A stretch of DNA of 64,000 bases from the human T2T-CHM13v2.0 reference genome, Homo sapiens (GCF_009914755.1 NC_060931.1), one strand, 5' to 3'; counted from the first letter of the stretch, positions 36,441 to 50,438 are shown. The notes: generated by a model not told the origin, from the letters alone. Numbers and translations are program-made.

Positions 36441-39400
36441 TGAAATGGGCGCAGTTGAAGAGAGTGCCTCATTATTGAGTGCCAAACCAGAAAGGCCCTT
36501 CCAGAAACGCAAGAGAGATTGCAAAGAGAGCAGCATGAGCAAAAGCTTAGGTGGATGGTCAGGGGAAGCACATGGAAGATTCTGGGAACAGTTGAGAGCT
36601 GGAGCAGCAGGAGAGAACATCCTATAGAAGAATCCAAGTGAAGGAAGGCAGGGATGAATACATGTTCTTGAGGCACAGTGAGGGTGTTGGCCTTATCAAT
36701 GGCCCAGGTTGGGGTGGGAGAAAGCTGCTGGGCTCCAAAGTCTACACTCCAGACAGTACTAAAATTGGAAGTTGGCCCAATTTGACCACGTCTGAGCTAT
36801 TTGAAGGGTTCAGAGAAGGAAGCAGTGGTCTTTCTGCCTCTTCGGAAGGGCCCTTAATCTAGTCAGAGGACCCTTCTAGGCTTCCTGGGGCAATCCAATT
36901 TAGGACATAAATGTATATGTAAACACTATTTCCAAAAACAACTAGTGATATGACTGCCAACAGTGTGAGTTGCTAGACCCCTCTGGATGCATGAAAGGGA
37001 GCACATTGATGATGGCAACAAAAACATCAAACATAACATCATCAACTCTTGGAGGTTTTCCTTATTTCTGAGTTTCTTTAGGACACGACAACTAATTCAT
37101 TAATTCAGATGTATTTATGTTTTATTCGAATACCCCACATTCACTATCCTACTTCTTCATCTGTCTTTATGAACATGAAGGTTTTGGTAAAGATGGGAAA
37201 GAAATAAAGGGAATTTGGGGGAGAATATAAGGCAGAAATGCATTTTAAAAGTTTTCCTTTTCAATATTGAATCAATTCAAGAGGAATTCAATCTAGAAGG
37301 TCAAAACTAGGTCACATATTCTGACTTCCTTGCACCCACAGCTTAATAATCTAAAAATAGAAATCAATTCTTGTCTGAGAGTTGTGAAGAGCTCATAATT
37401 GCTTTAGAGTAAAGCTCGGAATGACTGTGCCTTCTTCCGCCTTCTATTTCTCAGAGATGAGAATATCATTTTTCAAGTCCAAGGCACTGTCAGTATTAGA
37501 TTGCGTGGTAACCAAGTAGAAAAATCTCTGTTTAAGATGAAATAATTTTCATCATTATACTGTTCAGGCAGAAATGAGACCCCTGCTTTAATGCTGTTAT
37601 GAAGAGGGCAGATAAGTAATATGAACCAATTGTTAGTTAGAAATATTTTCCCTTAAAAAAAAAACAGCATTGGTTTACAGCCTTTTTTCTTCCTGCTGTC
37701 ATGCTAATATTCTGAATCAAGAACTTGCTTTGATTTTTGCAGAAAACTTGTTGCCCCTTTTCCAGCTCCTGAATTTTCTTTCTCCTTAAATCTCAAGATG
37801 TAGATGTGCTTTGAGCTTCATGATATCATGCACTTTAACAATAGGCCTAGTGGGGTTGAATTTGGGGTTCAGTTGCTTTATTAAAATGTTTGCCACTAAA
37901 AGGAGCTTTGGACTTCTAGAATACTAATGAATTTTCCATCATGGCTACATACTTTTTTGCATATAAGGCTATTTATAATGAGGACAGCTTTCTATTTTTA
38001 TTAGCATCTCTTTATAGAAGTATTTAGCCTTCCAGCCATCCACAGTTTTTTAAAACCAATTCCTGAAGTTTTCATGAAACTTTAAAGTACCTATCAAGAG
38101 TCTTTTAATGGTAAAGATCAGCCGTAAGATGGAAATGAAAGAGTCCATTAAAATATCATTACAGGAAGAGAAATTCTCTGCCACTTTTTCTTAATTCTAC
38201 CCAACAGGAATGTAACTGCCCTCCCTTCCCTGGTTCTATCTAGTTATGGCTCCCTATGAAAATCTGAGGCTGGCACGGGAGGTGTCAGTAGAGACATAGG
38301 CACACTGTCCCATCCTCAGGTTCGGTCATGGGTACACACATGCCATGGTGTGCTACCCCTGGCCTTTACCACCTTGACCCTGCATCAGCACTTCTCCATA
38401 CACCACCTCCTAACATAGTGGGCCCCCTGCCTTTTTTGTGCTCCACTGCAGAGCATCACTGAGTGCTCTGCTGCCGATGAGTGCAGGTGAGTCCTTCTCC
38501 ACAGCATAGCACACATCTTATGTCTCCCCAACTTTATTTTAAATCAACATTTAACATTTCCACAACCTGATTTCTTTCAGACCAAGCCAACTTTCTTATA
38601 AGCCCCAAGTCTGTTCTGTGAGTCCAGCTAATTAGCCTGCCTGTACCAGAAGTACTCACTTTTTATTACCTTTAGAAAACAAAGCCAGGTTTGAGGAAGT
38701 GTTGGATGTAAGCTGTCTCCAAAGCCTCAGGAAGGGGACCCCCACCTTCCAAACCCCCTCCTGCTTTCCAGTAAGATTTGTAGTCTGGTTAGAAGGACCA
38801 TTTAGATGATGAAAGGAACCAGTGGACAGCCCCTGATTTATAACCAGTGTGATTTTTTTTAATATCTACCAAATTAATATTTTTATGTCTGTTCCCCCAT
38901 TGAGTTGCTTCGGTTTGAATTTCAACGAGGGGAGCCTGCCAAGATCGTGTAGTAAAATACGAACTGGATCATAAATCCCAGCAGGGGTGGGAGAACGTAA
39001 GACAGATTGCTAACACCTTAAAAAAAAAAGTTTAAATAAAAAAGGCAGGAATTTTCTTTAAAGTATACCAAGCCCAGCAGGGACTGGGAGATACACAAGG
39101 CGGCTGAAGGAGGGAGCTACTTTACCTTCCCAAGATCACTTTTCCGAGAAGCCCAAACCACAGAAAACCATTCTGGCAGGTAAATCGGGCCCCATGAGCT
39201 TTTCATCAAAAGCCAAGGATGTCTCTCTGGGATGTGTGTTAGAGATAAGGCAGAAACGTTCTCGAAAGGAGCGCCTTCCAAAAAGTCGAGACTTTCTGCA
39301 TCCCTCTCTCTGGAGTGACCACTCAAACAGCTCATCAAAGTCTCCTTTCATTAGTGTCAGGCCAAGAGAAATAAATGCAGCTGGCAAGACGGAGCTTGAA

Positions 39401-40435
39401 GCTGTAAGAAGAAAGCCATGTGTTTCCTTCCTAAGACTAAAATCATTTCCCTATGAGGAATAAAGAGCTTTTACAGACCTTCTGGATGGATATGTCTTGG
39501 AGAGGAACAAGTCGATTACTCTCACACCCTCACTGGGCTCCAGTGGGAGAAACAGAAGCCCTTATTTGCTTGGTTTTATAACAAGTTTACTATATTTGAG
39601 CATATATGGCAAAGTAAACGCCCTTATAACATAGCTTATTATTACACCGATTTGGATAAACTACAGGTCAAATCATGTCGGCTGAAACATAACTGCTACC
39701 CACAGGAGAAGCCTGATATAACTCAGTTGATAGCCTATAAAAGCCATGTTAGTCCCGTCTGTCAACACCAGCATTATAAAGGTGTTTCACTAATCCTCCT
39801 CGGTGGAAAACATCAACTCCTCCAGCAATGTTGTCTTCTCATTTCGTGACTTGGCTCTACCTGGGTCTTGGGACACACAATGTGATCACAGGAGCCAATG
39901 ACCTCCTCGCGGCTATAACGAGGGGCGCCTCCAGCATCACATTCCTCCAGGAACTGAGCATCACTGAAACGCACTTGTAGACCAATCACCCTTGCTAACC
40001 ACACTTTGCCAAAACACGCTTTGGACTTTTGTTTTACTCAGTCTGGATTCAGAGCCAAAACCATCACCAAGACTTTCAGAAATCTTGTGAGCAGGCAAGT
40101 AGAAAGGCACAGCTAGCAAGCAAGCAGATATTGAAGAGACTTACACCAAATTGAAATGCACGAGGAATGCAGAATCTGGTTTTATTTTTTGGTTCACAGA
40201 TATAAAGGTTTTGAATTTTCCCATTATGACATTTAATCATAATTATCAAAGAAGAATTATCAAGGTGAAGATACTATAGATATAACATACACGTATTTTT
40301 AAGGTAATGTTTAGTTTTTAGTTTAACAGCCTAAAACTTCAGCACACTCAACCCTCTCACGTAAGTCCCCATAAATGAGACACGAGTTTCACACAATCCC
40401 AAAGTAAGTGGAAAACAATTTTTTTTTTTTGCTAG

Positions 40436-40634
40436 AAAGGACATTAGTAGGACATTTACTGAAGTTCAAACAAGGTCTATAAATTAGAGAATAATACTAT
40501 AGCAATGTTAATTTCTTGGATTTCATAACTGTACTGTGGTTGTGTAAATGAATTTAGGAAATGTGTACTGATGTATTTAGGGATAAAGTGGTAGAATGTG
40601 TACAGTGTACTCCCAAGCCATTCAGAAAAGAAAT

Positions 40635-40692
<58 letters not shown>

Positions 40693-40806
40693 AGGATAAA
40701 GCAAACACGGTAAAGTGAGGGAAGCTGAAGAAAAATTTACAGGAACTCTTGGCACTATTTTTGAAATTTCTATGTGGATTTGAATTTATTTCAAAATAAA
40801 AAGGTT
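40436..40806 (+). mobile_element. Ancient L1 (L1MC/ME-like) 3' UTR
   Basis: aaaggacattagt...caatgttaatttcttg...actgtactgtggttgtgtaa...gtatttagggataaag...gataaagcaaa...tttgaatttatttcaaaataaaaag. Confidence 0.75.
40639..40692. repeat. (CA)15(GA)12 compound microsatellite
   Basis: Read directly. Confidence 0.95.
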
Positions 40807-41879
40807 TTTTTACGGTTTCCCATTAGTGCTCCTGAGCAACCGTTGCTTATTTAAAATAATAGCCTAAGAGAGTATATTTGTAAGTTCCTTTGTTTGCTTC
40901 CCCATATCAATCTAAAAGGAATTTTATGTAGGTCTTTTTTCTAGGTAGGTCCTACTTTAGATATCATTTAAACCCTTAATCTTGAAGAAAAACAGAGTAG
41001 GGGAGCCAGAGACAAGACTGGCAAGACATGAGTTGCTACCAGTTAAAAGAATGCCCAAAGAAGAAGGATTCCAGAAGCAGAAGACCTGGATTCTCCAAGG
41101 ATGAAGAGTTCCAGACTCTGGGATATTGACCTCTGTGGTCCTCAGTTTTGTCATCTTTAAAATGAGGGGCATAGAGGCAAGGCAATGTTGAGGACTGATG
41201 TGGCATGTTTTGTATTGTAGAATATTTCATTCGTGGTGTCCAGTCGCAGCTCTGCCACCTCCCCCCACCTCAGGTTTACTTGTCTGGAACAATGGTCTCG
41301 TGCCCCATGGCATGTGGTAGAAGCCAAGGTCAGCCCCATGTTTTCTGAGCGTCTGAAAGCCTACTGGAAAAGGATCTACTTGGGCAGTTGGAGGGACCTT
41401 CTTCATCCCCTTAAGACAAGCCTTGCCCCTCTATATCATTCTTTGGTAATGGAAACATCCCAACCACACTCCTTCCTGCTAATCAAATCCCATTTACATT
41501 GAAGGCCTGCTGACATTCATTAGCCCAAACCTGCTTTTCAGAGATTTCCACTCACTTTGAGCTAAACATGTGGACCCCATTCCTAAGCTGAAATGAAGAT
41601 TTCGCTTTCTTCTTTCTCTTTCAACCAGAAACAGCATTCTGCTGCCGTTGGAAATTGATGCATCTGAGTACAAAGTGTCTGTTCCCTGCGCCTTTCAAAC
41701 AACACCGTGCCCCAGGCCCAACACCAGCATGCACGAGCACGCATGCGCTCACACTCACACACATTCTCAGCCCATAAAAGCCAACCACACTGCTGAATAT
41801 CTAAAGCCCACCACTCAGCAAACACTGTCTCCTTCCTGGAACTTTCGGGGATGCGGACAACACCCTGTCATGGAGCATG

Positions 41880-42260
41880 TGTGGAGCTTGAGCCGGCGAT
41901 AAATTGAGGCGCTAATCCTGATGCACGACATCACCTGCAGTAACAGAGAAGAACGTCTCAGCAGACGACACATATATAAATCACATTTATTTTCATAGCA
42001 CATTTAAATAACGTTTTGGCCCTGGGGATTTTCCACCAAGTAATGAAGCATCACCCAATGAGAGTCTGCAACGTTGCTCCATTCTGCAGTGCCCCCTCAC
42101 AGCAGAGAAATAAAACCTGTGATTTATATGGATGTCATGGGGTGGCATAGGGGGCTTCCTTTCCTTTGCATGAGACATTTCTGTGCATCCAGATTAAAGA
42201 TGAGATTTATCTGCAAAATAAACAAAGAACAGCCCCCCCACCCCTTTTCTCCCTTAATCA
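41880..42260. promoter_or_regulatory. Candidate developmental enhancer (homeodomain-site cluster)
   Basis: No recognisable repeat; inverted pair of TGTGATTTATAT sites (41974, 42118), TAATCC 41915, TAAATT/TAATGA motifs, some retained CpGs. Confidence 0.4.
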
Positions 42261-43968
42261 CACCAGATGAGACATCAAACACACACGGAGGCACGCACCC
42301 ACTCAGCAGCACGCACCCACCCTCCACATGCACGCACACACAACACAGACAGGCTTGTTATGAGATAGGAGGGAGAACAATTTTGATAAAAGATGATCAC
42401 CTGTGCCCTAACGAAGGTTTGTTTTATCAGCAGTTCCTTGTAGGAGGTGCCCAGTTCCCAGGCCTCAACCATCTTCCTATTGGGGTCTTCAGTCTACATC
42501 AGTGTGGACGCCAGCCTTGGGTGCCCGAGGCCCACCACACACGGTGGAGAGAAATCAAATCTCATCCACACATTGCAAGGTGGGAGTGCAATTCCAATTC
42601 ACCTGCCATTTTCTGTCTTGGTTGTTTTGAGGGGAAAGACGACCTCATTCTAATAAGATTTTCCCTTGGATGGTCATGGATGAGTGGGTGCCCCAGCTGC
42701 CTTAGGATGAATTGCAAATTGTGCTGTTGAAATCATCATGAGTCCTTGCTGAACCTTTCATTTCTTTCTCTTTTTTTTCTTTTTCTTCCTTTCTTTTTCA
42801 CCTCCCTCCCTGTACCTCCCTTCTTCCCCCACCACTCCCTCCCTCCTTTTTTTTTCCTTCCCACCGTCTCGTTGTCTACCTTCTTAGCAGTCGTTTATTC
42901 TCTAGAGCTCACCAGGACTCCACACATGTCCTAACTCGAGACCACTCTCTACCTTGCTCAGTGTGGGCTGCTTCTGACAGAGAAATATGTAACCTACAAC
43001 TCAGTGGAGCATCACCTTTTTAAAACACAATTCATCATCCACGGGTTGAGATATCTACAGTTCAATCTGTGATTGTCAAAATATTTCAACTCCATCCAGG
43101 AAACACTCAAACAAGAAAAATAACTCATATTGTTGTGGTGTTTTACAGTTAGCAAAGTCTATCCCGTCCTGTATATTATCACAGTGGGTCTTCACGCAAA
43201 CCTGCGCCATGGTAGGGGGGAGGTGGTGGCATGCTTTTACATGCAGCCCTCGCATTTGGAGAAATCACTGCTGCTTTAAGGACCAAAGGTACAGCACTTT
43301 ACTTTTTTTGCCTCAGGTTCACGTGTTTCAGGATCACCGGCAAAACCGAAAGCATAATATCTCAAGTTTTCATATGGAAAACCATTCTTTGGCTAGAGGA
43401 GATTACGGAACGGATGGATGGCAGATGGCAGCGTTGAAGGCAGGAATACTAGACAGCCAGTTTCACTTGAATCAACCTGGAGTCAAGGTCAGGTTCTCTG
43501 GATAATACCTGGATGTTCCTAAATAAGCGTTATTTCCTAGAAAAACAGTCTCATATTTACTGATGTACATTCCGTCTTCAAGCCAAAGGGTGAACTTTCC
43601 CTTTGCTCAAATCTGACTTTTGTGGAATGGAGAGAGACTCTAGTGCTACTTGTACAACATTTCCAGTGCCTTGGGTTAAAATAAGTACATTTTCATATTT
43701 TGATCCAGGTCACAAGCATAAAGAAATGCCAGCCCAGATTTCCCCTTATACTTTGCAGGTTTCACATCAAAGGAAGTCCCAAGCAATCACATATGTCTGG
43801 ATGTAAATATATCTTTGCTTCTCCTTTTAATTTCTCAAATGTGTTGAGATGATTGCCCCAAATTAACGTGTTGTTTTTTTTTTTAAAAAAAAAAGCCATC
43901 AGAAAAAGCAGCATTGCTTAGTAAGACTAATTCATGACTATTGAAGAGGGTCAGCCTGCCCCTAAAAA

Positions 43969-44100
43969 TAGGGTGACCACCTGTCACAGTTTGCCTGTGG
44001 CAGCTCTGGCATATGCTATTGTCCTTGCTTAACTATTAATAGCCTGCCTTTCACTCTCATGATTGTCCCAGTTTGTGTGCTGAATTAGACACTCACCCTA
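43969..44100. mobile_element. MER94 (hAT MITE)
   Basis: TIRs tagggtga / tcacccta; 8-bp TSD cctaaaaa (43961-43968) vs cctaagaa (44101-44108). Confidence 0.85.
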
Positions 44101-44889
44101 CCTAAGAACTGTAGGAAAATCCATTTGAAATAGGTCTTGTTCTTTTAAGGGCTGAAAAAAACCTGAAAATGAAACTACAGAGGTGAAAAAAAAAGATGAA
44201 ATTTTGCGGTCAGTTCCATGGTTTAGCCCTAGAAGACTGGGTGAGATTGTATCTGTTTTGTTCATGTAATTCTAATTGTGAACCAATAATGTGGAATAGC
44301 ACTAATTTTATTAGAACCACTAGTCTGTGATAAAGCAAATGCACAAAATAATATGTTGAGTCATGAGGCCCAGATACGAATTAACTCAAATGCTCATGTG
44401 GGAGGCAAGAGGAAGGCCCATTATTTCCCATCTCATCTCCTGTCACTGTGGGTGGCAGGCAGGTGGAGGGGAACGGGTCTGTGCTGCTGCATGTGACTGG
44501 TGAACTGCAAGTAGATGGGGCTGCCCCCCTAAACAGATCCTGGACAGTGTGAAGGCCAGGCCCAGGGGAGGGGCAAGCGGTGGACACAGCACTCTGCCTA
44601 GACCATGTGTAGTGCACACAGGGGGCCTTACCATCTCCCCTTCGCATGGAGGAGCCTTGGCTTTAGGGGAAGGAATGTGTTTTTCCAATTATTGGGGTTT
44701 GGTCTTTCTTGGGCAAGCAAGGTTGTGCATTTTCACTCCTGGTACCATCTCGTCCCCTGTTTAGGGATTTTTGTTTACCCTTATCATAAGTATCTCAGTG
44801 CAGATGTGGAACCAGCATTCCCCAATCATCAAGTCAGAGAATCCAGATTGTGCCATCTCAGCCTGGCCAGCTCCACTGTGTCCTCCATG

Positions 44890-45175
44890 CCTGAGCTCAG
44901 GCCCCAGGCACTGTAGAAAGCCTCCCCTGGCGGTTCCCCCACTTTGTCTTTACCCTTCACCTTGGGCTCTCCCCACAATAGGCACACAGACAGCTGAAGG
45001 TGAATCCTCATATCCTGCCTGTCACATACCTGCCGTAGCACTTGGCACCTTCCATGGCAGCTGTTTACTCCCCTATCTCCCCTTCTAGAGCCTTAGCTTC
45101 CTGAGGTCAGCAATAATGTTCTTCTCTAACTTCCCCAGCCTAGCCCAGTACTTGGTCCTTGTCTGTGGAATGTAT
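44890..45175 (+). mobile_element. LINE-2 3' fragment
   Basis: agaaagcctcccctg...ctagagccttagcttcctgaggtcag...ccccagcctagcccagtacttgg. Confidence 0.5.
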
Positions 45176-45284
45176 GGGCGACATGAGAGCCCAGCAGAAA
45201 ACAAAAACAAGTAGTAAAATAATAGGTGCAGTATATTTATTAAGCACTTAGTACATATATTTGTATACATGTATTGCAATCCAA

Positions 45285-45596
45285 TTTTTATTTTCATTTT
45301 ATTTATTTATTTTTGAGACAGCATCTCACTCTGTCACCCAGCCTGGAGTACAGTGGCATAACAACAGCTCGCTGCAGCCTTGACCTCCCAGGCTTCAGTG
45401 AGCCTCCTAACTCAACCTCCCAAGTAGCTGGGACCACAGGCATGCACCAGCATGCCCAGCTAATTTTTAAATTTGTTGTAGAGATGAGGTCTCACTGTGT
45501 TGCCTAGGCTGGCATTCAACTCCAGGGCTCAAGTGATTCTCCTGCCTTGGCCTCCCAAAGTGCTGGGATTTTAGGCATGAGCCACCATGCCTGGCC
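45285..45596 (-). mobile_element. Alu, AluJ subfamily
   Basis: Reverse-complement dimer with J-type features (gctgcagccttgacctcc, gggctcaagtgat). Confidence 0.95.
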
Positions 45597-45602
45597 AATT
45601 CA

Positions 45603-45745
45603 TTTTTTTTTAATTGTAGTAAAAAACAAATGGCATAAAATGTACTATCTTAAGCATTTTTAAGTGTACAGTTGACTAGTGCTAAGTATATTCCCACTGT
45701 TATGCATTCAATCTCTAAAACTTTTTCATCTTTCAGAACTGAATG
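45603..45745 (-). mobile_element. L1MB-like 3' end fragment
   Basis: ttaattgtagtaaaa...cataaaatgtactatcttaagcatttttaagtgtacagtt...aagtatattc...aactttttcatct. Confidence 0.75.
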
Positions 45746-45895
45746 GCATGGTAGGTTCTAAGTGTTTTGGAAGCATTATCTCATTTAAATCTCATAGTAC
45801 TAGAGGTAGGGATAATTATTGTTCCCATTTTGAGACAAGAAGTTAAGCAAGGTCATGCAGCTAATGATTGGTAGAGATGGATTTGAAACTCATAC
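45746..45895 (-). mobile_element. MIR fragment
   Basis: gttctaagtgttt...cattatctcatttaaatctca...gaggtagggataattattgttcccatttt...caaggtcatgcagcta. Confidence 0.7.
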
Positions 45896-46359
45896 ATCTT
45901 CATTAAACTCTACCTAGCAGTTATACGCTAAGTAAAATTTCCACAAACTTGCAGATTTATAGAATTACAGGGTTTTATTTCACCTTCTGCCCAATTTTTA
46001 TTTTAAAAGTAGTCTTTAAATTTTTTACTGAAAAATAACATGAAAAAAATCCATGCCTCTTTATGAAGTTCATGATAAGAAAAATGAGACAGATTTACTA
46101 TCAGACAGCTGCTGTCGATGACTCATAAAATTTTAGCAAAGAAAGACACCAGAGAAGATTGAACCCAACCCAGTTATTTTACAGGTGTGGAAACTACGGT
46201 TCAGAGTCAGGGTGGAAGTTAAGGAACCATCAACTTCAGAACACACAACTCTTTCCACTTCCCGATGCAAGCTGGAAGATATTTTGATTTGAATGCTTAT
46301 GATATTTTTCTTTCTAGTTAATATGTATGCTAATAGCATTTTAAAGTAAATGTGCTTTT

Positions 46360-46655
46360 GGCTGGGCACGGAGGCTCACACCTTAATCCCAGCACTTTGT
46401 GAGGCCAAGGCAGGAGTATCGCTTGAGCTCAGGAGTTTGAGACCAGCCTGGGCAACATGGTGAAACCAAAAAAAAAGTAAAAATTAGCCAAGCATCGCAA
46501 TATGTGTTTATAGTCCCATCTCCTAGAGAGGCTGAGATAGGAGGATCTCCTGAGCCCAGGGGGTGAAAGTTACAAGTGAGCTGAGATCATGCCACTATAT
46601 GCCAGCCTGGGTGACACCACAAGATCCTGTCTCAAAAACTAAAATAAAAATAATA
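46360..46655 (+). mobile_element. Alu, AluJ subfamily
   Basis: Dimer with tcgcttgagctcaggag, cctgggcaacatgg and A-rich tail; highly diverged. Confidence 0.95.
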
Positions 46656-48239
46656 TATTAAATTGCTTTAGTCTATTTGTATTCAGGGTCTCTGCTTCCA
46701 TTCCCAGGCAGGGGCCCTCCAACCCATTTCTCCAGCACGATACCCACCTGTTTTCCTGTCTCCGTCCCCTATATCAGCGGTCCCTATGCCTTACCCTCCA
46801 GCCCCTTCTTATAACAGATATTCTGTAAAGCGTCTTTTTTTCTTCCCAGAAATGAAATTCGGAGATAATCTACCTAAGCACATAATTTCAACAATGACAA
46901 CACCATCAATACAATGCCCTATCTGTAACAGAAAGGAAAAACAAAAGTAATTTGTGATAAAAATATATACATGTATCAACAAGTAAATGTTCCAACTGAC
47001 TACCAGAAGGCACACAGCCATGGTCAGCACTTGCCCCCTGTGTGGAACCCCATGGGTGCTGCAGGAGCCCCACAGTGTGGCCCCACAGAGCATCCTGTTC
47101 AGGTGATTCAGATAGCATGGATGACATTCATCCCATACAGAAGAAAAACTCTTAATGAAACCCTGAACACAATGAAATACAATCTTCTCTTGATTTGCAT
47201 GGTGGAAAATTCAGAGCCAAAAACTAAACATTTACATACTTATATGAATATAAAACGAAACATATAAACACACACATACACGTGCCTTTGTGTTTAATTA
47301 TAAAACAGACTCGGGAACGAGGCTTAGATAATTATAACCAGCTTCCTCACTTATCAGTGACTGTCTGGTGGGACATCTGACAGACGTGCAGGAGGCAGGA
47401 CAGCCTTTGGCTGTCAGAGGACAGTGTGGAGAGGAGCATGGTGGCATTCCTCCAGGCATTACTCTTAGGCATTCTGGGATCTCCAGCAACACTGGCCTCT
47501 GCCCACGGAATATCTTCATTGCCCACTCAATTTTATGATGACAAAAACGTCAGTCCAAATTTCCAAAACACCATAGGGTTGATACCCACATCCCTCTGAG
47601 AAGCTCTGCCCGTGCCCCAAGCTCCTTCGGTGCATGGACCTCCTTGTATCTACAGTCCTGACGCAGTCCTCTGGCTGCAGGTGGTGAGCCCTCGACCCAT
47701 GCTGATGAGTGGGGGAAGGAAGGAACAAACAAGCAACAGGAAGACGTTGTACAAAGAATTAAACGACACCAAACTTACTCATAAAACCCTCCAGAGACCA
47801 GGATTTTAGTCCCAGCACCCAGTACTAGGTTGGCATGGGAATGAAGTCAAACTCATTCAGTCTCTCATTGTTTCCATGTTTGTATAAAAATGAATATTTT
47901 TATATTTATGTATAAAGAGGAATGAATTAATTTACTTCCTAAAAATACATAAACACATACACACATATATATTCAAACAATGCTAAAACCTGAAAACAGC
48001 ACATAGTATTAACTAATTACAGCTATATACAATTTCTGTCAATACACTGAAAAATTTTGATGTGAATTTAGAGATGCAGAGAAGTTGTTGTTTTTGAGAT
48101 TTTTAAACCTTTAAAACTGAATACAGGATAATTTTTCTTTACTGCAGAGAATAAACATGGAAACCACTATTTGTCTTTCCTGTGCTACAGAACAGCGAAC
48201 CAGAATCTGAAAGACATTTTTCATCCATAAAGTCAATAA

Positions 48240-48450
48240 TCAATACTACCTAAAAACAGGAGTTGAGTTTGTGCTAAGGGTGTTAAGTAGGTTGCCTTGT
48301 TTAGTCCTCAGGACTCTGCAAACAAAGCATCTCATCCCTATTCTGCAGATGAGCAAATGCAGGCGCAGAGAAGTTGGTGATGAAACTGGAACCCTAATCC
48401 AGGTCTTTCTGACTCAGAGGCCAGTTCTGTCAACCACTACTTTGTCCTCC
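48240..48450 (-). mobile_element. MIR fragment
   Basis: gtgctaagggtgtt...tttagtcctca...atccctattctgcagatgagcaaatgcaggcgcagagaagtt. Confidence 0.65.
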
Positions 48451-48884
48451 CACTTGGCTAGAATGAGGACACTAATGCCCCTAATTCAACTGTACGTTAC
48501 AAAACAAGTTTTCAGTCCCAGAATCACAGTATTATGGGAAATATTTGGGTTCCTTTACCATTTTTTAGTTCTGTCATCACCAAAGCAAGAAGATGTTGGC
48601 AGAGCTGTCCCCAGCCATTCTCCTTGTCCTTCATTTGATGGCTATTTTCTAGCACCTTCCATGCACATGAACCATGGTGACAAGGTTCACATGGGCTGTC
48701 AGCAGGACACAGTCCTGCCTTTGTGGAGCTAGAAGAAGGAGCAGACATTAATCGTATAATCATATAAAAATATACATAACCAGATGCTATAAGATGGTTT
48801 GGAGTTGCCATGAGATTATATGCAGGGGCCTGGCTTGATCTCGAGCTTTTATGATGTGAATCATTTTCCCTTTAATAAAAGTCA

Positions 48885-49045
48885 AGTATCATTTACAAGG
48901 CACTTGCAATGTGCCAGCCCCTCTGCCAATCACATCCTATACACCTTCTCCAATCCTGGAAAGTAGTTTCATCATGCCCAGTTCACTGGGGAAAACACTG
49001 AGGCTTCAAGAGGTCAGGAAACCCGCCCAAAGTTGGCAGTGGGCA
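48885..49045 (-). mobile_element. MIR fragment
   Basis: catttacaaggcacttgcaatgtgccag...aacactgaggcttcaagaggtcaggaaacccgcccaaagt. Confidence 0.6.
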
Positions 49046-49419
49046 AGCCAGCCTTTCAGGGAGGTCTTGCCAAGTGCCGAAGCTCCAGTCTCTTCTCTGC
49101 TCTGCACTCCTGCCTGCAAGGGTCTTCATAAACGTTGGTGACTATTGTCACAAAGCGAGAAGAATTTGAGACATGCACTGTCCTTCCACTGAGAATCTGT
49201 GGTCAACCTCAGCTGGCTCCCCTCCAACCCATGTTCTCTGGGCTACTGGGCTGCACGTATCCCTCTCTGGCCTAAACCCTGCAGAGCACTCCAGGCTCTT
49301 GTTATAAAACTGTTTGGCTCAGTAGAGCATGTTGGGGACCCTCTCTAGGTTGACCTCTCCTCCCCTCCATATCCCTGCTCCAAAGAAGTGCTCTGCTGGC
49401 CCTTCCTGTGTCTGTGATG

Positions 49420-49698
49420 CCCTGCATCTCTTGCCCACCTGGCTGACTCCTATCTTCCAAGGTCATGTCCTCCAGGGAGGCCTCCCCTGATTCCTTCAAT
49501 CTCACAGGCTCCTTCCTGCATGCTCTCTTTCCAGCGCAGCCTGCATCCCCTGGACTGCAAATGGCGGGTGTTGCCAACATGTCCCCCTCCTGGGCCTGGA
49601 GCTCCTGAGGGTCAGGGATTCCACCCAGGCCAGGCCTAAGCCCAGTCCCTGGTGCTCAGAGCCACCCATTAAATACCTACAAATTGAATTAAATTGAC
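49420..49698 (+). mobile_element. LINE-2 3' end
   Basis: ggctgactcctatct...tcctccagggaggcctcccctga...gagctcctgagggtcaggga...taaatacctacaaattgaattaaattga. Confidence 0.65.
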
Positions 49699-50438
49699 TT
49701 TCATCTTCACAGAAGGTGGTGAAAGAAGACCCTTCTTTTTTCATAGCACTTTACCATGTTGGCTGCAGCATTTAGAGTTAAGCCAGATTCATTAACAAAT
49801 ACTAACAATCTAAAACTCTCAGTGATTGCCTTACACCATTTTCACTTGCCAAATATGTATAATTTGACTAGTTTCCCCTTCCTCAAAATATGAACATCCT
49901 TATGGAATAAATTTCAACACTTTTTTAACATAAAAAATACTGTCTTTTAGAATATTTTAATTTTATTCATAATCTTTATTCTATTTCATAGACTAGCTCA
50001 CATGTCTTTTATTTAACTGAATGGGTATCAAGAAAAAATAAAGAATGGTTCAGTTATTACATGTGATAATTAATTTCTGAAATTAAAAAATGTCCTCTGT
50101 CCAATTGATTTGCAAAGAATAGCTTAATGGACAAAAGAAACTGCATAATATGCCTTCTGGAAAAAAAGCCAATAATTTTTTGGAGCTAAAAGGCTTCTTT
50201 TCAAGATAATGATTCGTTTCAATTTTTAAATCTTATACCAGGGTTAATATAAAATTATTTTTACATTGTGCTGGTAACCCATTTGAAAAAAGGCCTGAAA
50301 GAAAGTAGTCCCAGCTTCCTGCGTCCCCCACTTCCCCTCCAAATCAGCCAGGGCCCCAAAGTCCCGGACTCAAATAAATCAAGATTATGCTAATAACTAG
50401 AGCTAGGTGCAATGGCAGACTTTGACAATTCCAGGCAA

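Noticed and set aside
42085-42103. CTCF-like gtgccccctcacag
   Set aside because: Lacks the nearly invariant C at the start of the core on the motif strand.
42074-42730. 218-aa ORF
   Set aside because: TTG start, runs through CA-rich low-complexity sequence, no recognisable motif; the region looks regulatory. PhyloCSF or Ribo-seq could overturn this.
43949-43961. ERE-like GGTCAgccTGCCC
   Set aside because: One-mismatch EREs are expected about twice per 64 kb by chance; no supporting context.
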